In this document: piece after piece, positions 1 through 6,907 of the stretch | Position numbering within the stretch: the stretch's first letter is position 1 | How the letters are laid out: each line of letters begins with the position of its first letter | Assembly: GCA_046497485.1 (NCBI GenBank) | Contig: JAWOFP010000030.1 | Coordinates: 1 to 19,003, forward strand | DNA length: 19,003 bases | DNA from: Candidatus Nanohaloarchaea archaeon | GTDB taxonomy: Archaea; Nanohalarchaeota; Nanosalinia; Nanosalinales; Nanosalinaceae | Direction of reading: 5' to 3' | Translations under genes and position numbers: made by a program | Notes under the pieces: generated by a model | Database searches by the model: none | What the model was told of the DNA's origin: nothing | The model's input: only the letters and a program-made list of their open reading frames with translations

Positions 1-485
1 AAGAATTGAAGGAAAAATACGATGAATTCTATATCGTGATAGGAAGTTCTGAGGAATCACGTACCGATAATAATCCCTTGACCTTTGAGGAACGGAAGAA
101 CCTGATTCACGCGTGCCACCCAGAACTAGAGATTTTAGGCCTAGAGGATACCGAAAAGACGTCGGAAGGAAATATTGAATGGGCGGAAAAACTTGAGAAA
201 CTAGGCCTAGATAGAATCATTTCAGGCAATGATCTAGTCATCGAAATAATTGATGAACACACAGATATAGAGCATGAGTGGCCAGAGATGCATGATGAAG
301 AGATTTACTCGGGCACCGAAGTGCGGAGAAGAATTAACTCTGGAGAGGAATGGCGGTATCTCGTGCCTAAATGCAGTTACGAAGAAATAGAAGATCTTAT
401 CGAGAAAATCAAAGCCTCAGGCACCCAATATAATTTTGAACCCGGTTGGAAGCAGGAGAACGCTTTCCACGGTACTTCTGGGTAA
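1..485 (+). CDS. nadM: Nicotinamide-nucleotide adenylyltransferase (archaeal NMNAT), 5'-partial
   Basis: Motifs IVIGSSEESRTDNNPLTFEER, YSGTEVRRRI and WRYLVP match archaeal NMNAT. The frame is open to the window edge and the N-terminal HxGH motif is missing, so the start lies upstream. Confidence 0.85.
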   Translation, partial: ELKEKYDEFYIVIGSSEESRTDNNPLTFEERKNLIHACHPELEILGLEDTEKTSEGNIEWAEKLEKLGLDRIISGNDLVIEIIDEHTDIEHEWPEMHDEEIYSGTEVRRRINSGEEWRYLVPKCSYEEIEDLIEKIKASGTQYNFEPGWKQENAFHGTSG

Positions 486-612
486 TAATCCTGATAGCCT
501 TGATCAAACTCATCCAACGAATTCAACAACTACAAAGTCTCGTTGCACGGCACCATCAGTTCGTCAAACACGCTTAAATCCTCAAACACTGTTTTTCCGC
601 CTCTTCAATCGG

Positions 613-677
613 TTGATTTTCAGATTTGCGCACACCCAGCTTTCAGGGAATTCTTGTCAAAGGATCTCCGCATACAG
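613..677 (-). repeat. Conserved non-coding 3' block, copy 1 (paralogous to 2765-2843)
   Basis: 613-632 vs 2765-2784 match 19/20; 651-677 vs 2817-2843 match 24/27. Confidence 0.85.
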
Positions 678-681
678 AGCC

Positions 682-728
682 GAAACTCTCCGAGTTTCTG
701 GATCCTCCAGAAAATCCTCTGGATTTTC
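682..728 (-). promoter_or_regulatory. Two tandem triloop hairpins downstream of the putative VR (candidate DGR target-recognition hairpins; could also be a terminator)
   Basis: Minus strand GAAAATCC-AGA-GGATTTTC (728-710) and GAAACTC-GGA-GAGTTTC (698-682), starting about 15 nt after the stop codon. Confidence 0.7.
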
Positions 729-742
729 GGAAGAATCACCTC

Positions 743-2701
743 TCAGGAGACAGGAACAGCAGAACAGCGGAACCCGTAGATCGCGTCCGAGAGGCCCGGG
801 GCGTACGAGTACGCGTAGAACACGCCCGCGCTATCGCCATTGCGCCAGTAGCCGCTGCGGAGAGCGGCATCACCATCATCAAGACCGTTATCATTTCCAA
901 GACCGTCTCCACCTTCTACCTCGCTGCTCTCAGGGTTTTTCTCATAGATTTTATCACCACTACTATCAGGACTATTCATCGTTGAACCATCTTCTTCAGC
1001 ATCAACCCACATCCATAAATCGCCCGACATATCCCATACATTATCGCCCGAAGCTAGCTCATGAGTTCTCTCAGTCTCACCGACAGCATCCGCATCATTA
1101 GGATGCTGGCCAATATCAACAGCACGATCATAATCATCGCCTTCATTATGATTACCCTGGAAAAGCCCGCCAGAATCACCTGTACTGCCGATATCGCCGT
1201 CAGCCCAGTTAGAAGAGTCCTGAGCCACTTGCCTCGCGACCGTCATCCACTCACGATTCGTCATCAAATGAACATCATAATCATCACTAGCCTCACTATC
1301 TAGCGCTTGACAAGCATCATAAGCATTTGGCGAACCACCCTCATCGTTAAACGGAATATAGTTCCAGCCCCTTTCATCACTCACCGACTGAGGCACATCG
1401 CTGCCGTTATTAGAGGCCTGATACTTCATCACAAAGAAACCTTGATCAGTGTATTCTACACTGGTGTCGCCGAGGTACTCGTTGTCGCCGGAAGACTCGT
1501 TAAAGAAGTAATCATAACCTCCTTCAGTGCTCGCTGGCTCAACACGGCTCCACTCACCACCAACAGAAGGACTCGACACTGTAGCCTCCTCAACATCAAT
1601 CGTTTCCGAAGCAGTATCGGTCTCACCGTTCACATCCTCAACAGTCAACTCCACATCATAACTGCCTGAACTGTCGAAACTATGCTCAACTACCTGTCCA
1701 TTTTCAGTGCCGCCATCATCAAAATCCCAATCATAACTCTCAATGCTGCCATCTCCCTCACTACTACCAGAACCATCAAACTCAACAACCTCATCCTCCT
1801 CCGGACTCGAATCATTAACCGATATATCAGCTGTAGGGCCTTCCAGTTCCTCGACTGTCACAGTACCGGATTCACTGCTGTCATCAGTAGAAACAGTGTA
1901 ATCGATATCACTTCCTGCATCTCCATCCTCGGTACTCCAACTCAATGAGCCAGTCGAATCTTCACCGCCATCTATAGATTCTTCTACCGAATCCTCTTCA
2001 ACACCATCAACACTCAACACTACATCCTGAGTATCAGATTCCTCACCAGTATTACTCAAATTGTAATCAACATCAAAACTTTCTCCCTCAGTCACAGGGC
2101 TATTATCGTTATCGATAGCGACATCAAAGTCGGCAGGATCAGAACCCTCATCTTCATCTCCACCATCGCCAGTGCTGGAACCGCTCTCAGTAATCTCGAA
2201 ATTCCCGCTGATCGATCCAGAAGTCGATAAACCGGTGAGGCCTCCAGAATCATAATTCACATTGACATCGAGATTGTTAGCCCCATCTCCTTCAGTAACA
2301 TTAGCCAAAGTAACACTACTAGTTCCACTTACAGGAATCTCCTGATCTCCAGCCCACTCAGTCCAATCACCGGATTCATCAGAAATATTCACGCTGTTAA
2401 TCTCCACGCTTTCAGAAGCAGTGTTACGCATCACTAAATCCAACTCATCATCACTGTTCAAACCAAAGTCATCAACCACAACATCTCCACCCGTAAAACC
2501 ACTAACTGATTCCACAGATTGACTCTGAACAACACTGAACATCGTGCCTCCTACAATTGCTACTACGAGAAGCATCCAACCATAAGTCATCAAATATTCT
2601 ATAGCTGATTGACCCTTTTCAAGGCCTAAATCAATGCTATCTGTGTGTGTGTGGAGAAATTCATTGTTATTAGAGAGTAAAGACTTTCCAAGCTCATACA
2701 T
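743..2701 (-). CDS. Class III signal (pilin-like) surface protein: N-terminal pilin-like domain, CARDB-like Ig domain, PKD domain, C-terminal CLec/FGE-sulfatase-fold domain; putative DGR target
   Basis: KG|QSAIEYLMTYGWMLLVVAIVGG signal (E at +5). PKD motif FDGSGS..SYDWDFDDG..HSFDSSGSYDVELTVED. CLec motifs FFVMKYQAS, LMTNREW, VWDMSGDLWMW, LRSGYW and terminal GFRC. Confidence 0.85.
   Translation of the reverse strand: MYELGKSLLSNNNEFLHTHTDSIDLGLEKGQSAIEYLMTYGWMLLVVAIVGGTMFSVVQSQSVESVSGFTGGDVVVDDFGLNSDDELDLVMRNTASESVEINSVNISDESGDWTEWAGDQEIPVSGTSSVTLANVTEGDGANNLDVNVNYDSGGLTGLSTSGSISGNFEITESGSSTGDGGDEDEGSDPADFDVAIDNDNSPVTEGESFDVDYNLSNTGEESDTQDVVLSVDGVEEDSVEESIDGGEDSTGSLSWSTEDGDAGSDIDYTVSTDDSSESGTVTVEELEGPTADISVNDSSPEEDEVVEFDGSGSSEGDGSIESYDWDFDDGGTENGQVVEHSFDSSGSYDVELTVEDVNGETDTASETIDVEEATVSSPSVGGEWSRVEPASTEGGYDYFFNESSGDNEYLGDTSVEYTDQGFFVMKYQASNNGSDVPQSVSDERGWNYIPFNDEGGSPNAYDACQALDSEASDDYDVHLMTNREWMTVARQVAQDSSNWADGDIGSTGDSGGLFQGNHNEGDDYDRAVDIGQHPNDADAVGETERTHELASGDNVWDMSGDLWMWVDAEEDGSTMNSPDSSGDKIYEKNPESSEVEGGDGLGNDNGLDDGDAALRSGYWRNGDSAGVFYAYSYAPGLSDAIYGFRCSAVPVS
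746..868 (-). other. Putative DGR variable region (VR)
   Basis: None of the last 41 codons ends in A, and every A lies in position 1 or 2 of an NNC/NNT codon. These alternate with A-free codons (GCG, TCG, CCG, GTG, TTC, GGG). The region is GC-rich relative to the rest of the gene and lies between the RxGxW and GFRC motifs. Confidence 0.75.
2642..2653. repeat. (TG)6/(CA)6 microsatellite in the leader of adhesin 1 (encodes HTHT)
   Basis: tgtgtgtgtgtg read directly. Confidence 0.9.
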
Positions 2702-2710
2702 AACCTTAAT

Positions 2711-2732
2711 TTAGCTCTAGGCCTTAAATAAA
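2711..2732 (-). promoter_or_regulatory. TATA-box promoter of adhesin 1 (probably leaderless)
   Basis: Minus strand TTTATTTAAGGCCTAGAGCTAA, with the TATA element 23-31 nt upstream of ATG 2701; nearly identical upstream of adhesin 2. Confidence 0.65.
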
Positions 2733-2764
2733 GTTAAGATTCTCAACATCAAAATGAAGAATTT

Positions 2765-2843
2765 TTGATTTTCAGATCTGCGCAGACTCAGCAACCCACG
2801 GCCAGGATTCAGCCAATTTTTGTCAAAGTATCTCAGCATACAG
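2765..2843 (-). repeat. Conserved non-coding 3' block, copy 2
   Basis: Paralogous to 613-677. Confidence 0.85.
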
Positions 2844-2848
2844 CTTTA

Positions 2849-2884
2849 CACCTCTCAGGAAACAGGAACAGCAGAACACCGGAA
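2849..2884 (-). pseudogene. Orphaned 3' end of a CLec/VR gene (FRCSAVPVS-stop)
   Basis: 34/36 identical to 737-772; both differences are synonymous (CGC/CGG, GTC/GTT). Confidence 0.8.
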
Positions 2885-3035
2885 ACTCTCCTCCCCAGCA
2901 CCAAGAAGGCGGGCCGTCTGAGACTGTCCCCGAATAACCAACATTTTCCGTACCTTCACCACCGACAGTGATCACGGCATCAGTTATCGCCATGACCTCA
3001 GTCCAGTCAAGAACAATAACAACCGCGCCATCGAG

Positions 3036-4409
3036 TCAGTCAATCGCGTGAACTTCATATTCGTCCCAGCCCGAACCCGAAAAGACGGTGCCCGTAGACT
3101 CATCCACCGCGACGCCCTCCACAAAGCCCGTGTGCTCGGAGTAGGTCCACTCTTGGCTGCCATCGCTCACATCAATCGCGTGAACTTCCTTATCGTCTGA
3201 CGCCGAAAAGACGGTGCCCGTAGACTCATCCACCGCGACGCCATTCACCTGGGCCGTGTGCTCGGAGTAGGTCCACTCTTGGCTGCCATCGCTCACATCA
3301 ATCGCGTGAACTTCATTTTCGTCCCAGTCCGAACCCGAAAAGACGGTGCCCGTAGACTCATCCACCGCGACGCCGTACAAGGTGGAGTTGTGCTCGGAGT
3401 AGGTCCACTCTTGGCTGCCATCGCCCACATCAATCGCGTGAACTTCATTGTCACCCGACGCCGAAAAGACGGTGCCCGTAGACTCATCCACCGCGACGCC
3501 ATTCACGAAGTCCGTGTGCTCGGAGTAGGTCCACTCTTGCTCTCCCTCCCCAAGACCACTTTCAACCTCTAAACTACCGGAAACACTCTCATCCCCACTA
3601 ACCTCAACATCAACACTATAACTATCAGCAGATAAACCAGAAATCGGATCAGCAAAAGTAACAATCTCCGAATCACCACTACCCAAATCAGACGTAGATT
3701 CAGTATCACTTACTGTCTCACCATTCTCAATACTTAAATCAACGTCAAAACTACTGCTCTCATCACCAACATTCTCCACAGTTACATCGACATCTCCACT
3801 TTCGCCATCATCAACAGTCGCATCACTTCCTTGACCCGCAATATCCAAATCGGAGAGGTCGGCGGTCGCCGCCACGAATGTACTATCCTCAATTACCTCA
3901 AAATTCCCGGAAATACTGCCCTCAACCTGCAAATTTTCAAGGCCGCCGCTACTGTAAATTATCTCCACATCCAAACTATTAGCACCGTCGCCTTCACCCA
4001 CCTCCTGCAAAGTAACCGATCCAGTATCCCCAACACCAATATCTTCCTCATCAATCCATTCCGCAGTATTTGAATCATCACTTACACGCACCTCCTCAAC
4101 CGTAACACTGTTACTATCAGCATTACGCAAAACCAGTTGAAGCTCATCACCACTGGTGATGCCAAAATCATCTACTTGAACATCAGCACCGGTAAAACCA
4201 CTCACACTCTCAACCGACTCACTCTGAGCAATAGAAAAGATAGAACCACCAACAATAGCCACCACAAGAAGCATCCAACCATACGTCATCAAATACTCAA
4301 TAGCAGACTGGCCCTTAAAACCGCTAAAACCAGTTAATTCTTCGCTATCCGTGTGTGTGTGGAGAGATTCATTTTTATTGAAGAGTAAAGATTGTTTAAG
4401 CCCATACAT
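3036..4409 (-). CDS. Class III signal (pilin-like) surface protein with CARDB-like Ig domain and four C-terminal WD40/PQQ-like beta-propeller repeats
   Basis: Same KG|QSAIEYLMTYGWMLLVVAIVGG signal, and the N-terminal ~170 aa are clearly paralogous to 743-2701. Start placed at 4409 (MYG...) by alignment with the paralog and equal TATA spacing; the ORF track gives 4415. Confidence 0.85.
   Translation of the reverse strand: MYGLKQSLLFNKNESLHTHTDSEELTGFSGFKGQSAIEYLMTYGWMLLVVAIVGGSIFSIAQSESVESVSGFTGADVQVDDFGITSGDELQLVLRNADSNSVTVEEVRVSDDSNTAEWIDEEDIGVGDTGSVTLQEVGEGDGANSLDVEIIYSSGGLENLQVEGSISGNFEVIEDSTFVAATADLSDLDIAGQGSDATVDDGESGDVDVTVENVGDESSSFDVDLSIENGETVSDTESTSDLGSGDSEIVTFADPISGLSADSYSVDVEVSGDESVSGSLEVESGLGEGEQEWTYSEHTDFVNGVAVDESTGTVFSASGDNEVHAIDVGDGSQEWTYSEHNSTLYGVAVDESTGTVFSGSDWDENEVHAIDVSDGSQEWTYSEHTAQVNGVAVDESTGTVFSASDDKEVHAIDVSDGSQEWTYSEHTGFVEGVAVDESTGTVFSGSGWDEYEVHAID
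3039..3539 (-). repeat. Four intragenic tandem repeats (126, 132, 126 and 117 bp), beta-propeller blades
   Basis: Units start at 3539, 3413, 3281 and 3155 on the minus strand. Blocks QEWTYSEH, GVAVDESTGTVFS and EVHAI are identical at nucleotide level. Confidence 0.95.
4351..4361. repeat. (GT)5G microsatellite in the leader of adhesin 2 (encodes HTHT)
   Basis: gtgtgtgtgtg read directly. Confidence 0.9.
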
Positions 4410-4418
4410 AATCATAGG

Positions 4419-4440
4419 TTAGCTCCAGGCCTTAAATAAA
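4419..4440 (-). promoter_or_regulatory. TATA-box promoter of adhesin 2
   Basis: Minus strand TTTATTTAAGGCCTGGAGCTAA, with the TATA element 23-31 nt upstream of ATG 4409. Confidence 0.65.
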
Positions 4441-4538
4441 CTTTTTATTCTCAGCAGCTTTAGAATAACTGATATAACCTCGTTATATACTAGAATTTCT
4501 TTTTTATTCGAGGCCTGCCAATTGCTCCATGTGATAAA

Positions 4539-5564
4539 ATGGTAAACGTAATTGTAGCTGGAGTCGGGACGATCGGTAAAAGAGTGGCTGAGGCCGTTAA
4601 AAAGCAGGAAGATATGAACCTCTACGGAGTGGCGGATGTCAGCCAGACCGGAGGCCTGAGAACTGTATTGCATGAGAACGGTCCTCTGCACGGCACTGAT
4701 CTATATGCTTCCAATGAGGAAGGACTTGAAAACCTTGAGGATCAAGGATTCTATGTAGCAGGCCTCTTAGAAGATCAGCTGGATGAAGTCGATCTAGTGG
4801 TCGATTGTACTCCGCCAGGAGTCGATAAGAAGAACAAGGAGAACCTTTACGAGCCTCATGATGTGAAAGCTGTTTTCCAAGGAGGCGCGCCTGACGATAT
4901 TGCAGAGGTCAAGTTCAACGCTGACGCGAACTATGAGGAAGCACGAGGAGAAGACTTTGTTAAAGTTGTAAGCTGTAACACTACTTCTCTTTCAAGGACG
5001 ATGAATGCAGTTGATGAGGCCTTTGGAGTTGATAATGCTGTTGCTAGCCTGGTAAGACGTGGAGGAGATATTCCACAAGACGGTAGAGGGCCTATCAACT
5101 CTACAGTTCCTGTAACGGAAGTTCCTTCACACCACGGACCTGATGTCCAGGCGGTTATGCCAGAACTTGACATCAAGACTTTAGCAGTGAAAGTGCCTGT
5201 AACTTTTGGACATGTCCACATGAACAATGTAGAACTTGAGTCTCAGCCGTCTGAGGAAGAAGTTAAAGAGGCCTTCAGAAATCAGCCGCGAGTCAATTTG
5301 GTCAGTGCAGGAGAAGGTTATGATTCCACAGGCAAAATCCACGAGCAGATGAGAGATCTGGAGAGGCCTAGAAGCGATATGCCTGAAGCAGCAATCTGGG
5401 AGGAGACTATCAAAGTCGAAGACAACACACTCTATTGGATCCATATGGTGCACCAAGAATCAATTGTTGTGCCTGACAATGTCGATGCGATCCGCTCAAT
5501 GTTCGAGATGGAAGAAAAAGAGGAATCTATCAGAAAGACCGATGAAGCAATGAACCTCAGATAA
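4539..5564 (+). CDS. gap: Archaeal type II glyceraldehyde-3-phosphate dehydrogenase
   Basis: GVGTIGKRVAEAV, VVDCTP, FQGG, catalytic VVSCNTT, SHHGPDV, HQESIVVPDNVDAIR. Confidence 0.95.
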   Translation: MVNVIVAGVGTIGKRVAEAVKKQEDMNLYGVADVSQTGGLRTVLHENGPLHGTDLYASNEEGLENLEDQGFYVAGLLEDQLDEVDLVVDCTPPGVDKKNKENLYEPHDVKAVFQGGAPDDIAEVKFNADANYEEARGEDFVKVVSCNTTSLSRTMNAVDEAFGVDNAVASLVRRGGDIPQDGRGPINSTVPVTEVPSHHGPDVQAVMPELDIKTLAVKVPVTFGHVHMNNVELESQPSEEEVKEAFRNQPRVNLVSAGEGYDSTGKIHEQMRDLERPRSDMPEAAIWEETIKVEDNTLYWIHMVHQESIVVPDNVDAIRSMFEMEEKEESIRKTDEAMNLR

Positions 5565-5591
5565 ATAACTACTTTCCTTATTTCCTTTCTT

Positions 5592-6617
5592 ATGAAAATC
5601 CTGATAATAGGCTGGGGATACCCTCCAAAAATCGATGGAGGCCTAGATATAGCAGTAAAAGAGCTGTTTGAAGGCCTTCAAAAGAAAGATATTAATGTAG
5701 ATTTGATGCTTCCATCCGAAAGAGCCCCTGAAAAAGAAAATATTATTCCTATAGATGTTGAAGGCGACATGTTTTCTAAAGCAGAACAATTGAGCAGAGC
5801 AGCCGCAAAAAAGGCTTCAAAATATGATATCATCCATACTCATGACTGGTTCGGCGCTGAAGCAGGTTTCAAGGCCTCAAAATACTCCGATATAAAATGG
5901 ATTTCCACTTTTCACTCCTTGAGCTCTTCCAGAAATAGAACCCCTAGTGACGAACTTGAGAAGCTTGAAAAAATTGCTGTAGAGAACGCAGACAAAGTCA
6001 CAGCAGTCAGCGACAAACTGGCTGATGAGATTGAGGAAAAATACGGTTTAAGACCTGAAACAGTTTACAACGGGTTTTCAAATGTAGATACTCAAGAAAA
6101 AGTCGATTTCGACACGGAAATACCAGTCTTCTTCTATGTAGGAAGACATGCTGAGCAGAAAGGCCTTGAACACCTGATTTATGGATTCGACAAATATCTT
6201 GAGGAGAACGAAGGCCTACTGGTTTTAGGTGGCGATGGCCATCTCAAAGATTCACTTGAAGATTTTGTAGAAATACTTGATATAGAGGAAAGTGTTCGTT
6301 TTGAAGGCTTTATACCCGATAGAGAGCTTGGCAGTTATTACAGTACAGCCGATGTTTTTGTTTCCCCTTCAATCAATGAACCTTTTGGCTTAACTATCAG
6401 CGAGGCCTTGAACGCTGGTACTCCCGTATTGTGCACGGAGAGCGGTATAAATGAGCTTTTACCGAGCGAAGCAGTTACTATTGTTGAGCCTAACTCTGAT
6501 TCAATTGCTGAAGGCCTGGAAAAAAGTTTGAAGAAGGATTCTGTTGAAGTAGAAGGTAGAAGCTGGGATGAGATGGTTAATGATTATATCAAGAGTTATA
6601 GAGAACTAATCAAGTAA
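5592..6617 (+). CDS. Glycosyltransferase family 4
   Basis: GWGYPPKIDGGL, IIHTHDW, YVGRHAEQKG, PSINEPFGLTISEA. Confidence 0.92.
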   Translation: MKILIIGWGYPPKIDGGLDIAVKELFEGLQKKDINVDLMLPSERAPEKENIIPIDVEGDMFSKAEQLSRAAAKKASKYDIIHTHDWFGAEAGFKASKYSDIKWISTFHSLSSSRNRTPSDELEKLEKIAVENADKVTAVSDKLADEIEEKYGLRPETVYNGFSNVDTQEKVDFDTEIPVFFYVGRHAEQKGLEHLIYGFDKYLEENEGLLVLGGDGHLKDSLEDFVEILDIEESVRFEGFIPDRELGSYYSTADVFVSPSINEPFGLTISEALNAGTPVLCTESGINELLPSEAVTIVEPNSDSIAEGLEKSLKKDSVEVEGRSWDEMVNDYIKSYRELIK

Positions 6618-6621
6618 ATTT

Positions 6622-6855
6622 CTAGTTAAGCAATTTTACTTGATCTGGATTACCAGGATAAAAGCCTATAAGGCCTTTTTCCGTTTCTGCAAGGCCTGTA
6701 GAATCTTCGTAGTAATATGTTGTTTCTGTTTGCTTGTTCTTAATAGGTAGAAGGATTCGCTCTTCCTCATCTTCTCTGATGACTACTGCGGCTTTTTCAT
6801 CTCCAAAAATTTCTATTTTGGTGCCATTTTCGGTTTCTGTTGTCCTGAGCCGCAT
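6622..6855 (-). CDS. Small acidic hypothetical protein
   Basis: Fills the gap between the GT4 and GH57 genes and has host-like composition. ATG 6855 (MRLRTT...) lies 25 nt from a TTTAAA box. Confidence 0.7.
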   Translation of the reverse strand: MRLRTTETENGTKIEIFGDEKAAVVIREDEEERILLPIKNKQTETTYYYEDSTGLAETEKGLIGFYPGNPDQVKLLN

Positions 6856-6879
6856 ACAAATTAATTGAATCCCATCCAA

Positions 6880-6885
6880 TTTAAA
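6880..6885. promoter_or_regulatory. Candidate shared bidirectional TATA box
   Basis: Palindromic TTTAAA, 25 nt from ATG 6855 (-) and 23 nt from ATG 6908 (+). Confidence 0.45.
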
Positions 6886-6907
6886 CAAGCGGTCCCGACA
6901 TCAATAC

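Noticed and set aside
486..590. Minus-strand acidic reading VFEDLSVFDELMVPCNETL*LLNSLDEFDQGYQDYY
   Set aside because: It could be a gene remnant, but it is short, interrupted by a stop and matches no family I recognise.
436..1948. Plus-strand ORFs 436-1101, 543-779, 626-985, 1061-1303, 1307-1669 and 1682-1948
   Set aside because: Mostly antisense shadows of the adhesin or its 3' region, with basic or Ile-rich composition unlike the acidic proteome.
2849..3035. Possible DGR template repeat for the VR at 746-868
   Set aside because: Similarity covers only the last 36 bp, the two mismatches are not at coding-strand adenines, and there is no AAC-rich region.
3039..3539. CRISPR-like alternation of constant and variable blocks
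   Set aside because: The variable parts are only 15-21 nt and in frame, the period is 126-132 bp inside a CDS, and there are no cas genes.
2765..4691. ORFs 2765-2971, 3258-3572, 3293-3502, 3831-4073, 4137-4337 and 4419-4691
   Set aside because: Alternative-frame or antisense overlaps of better supported features.
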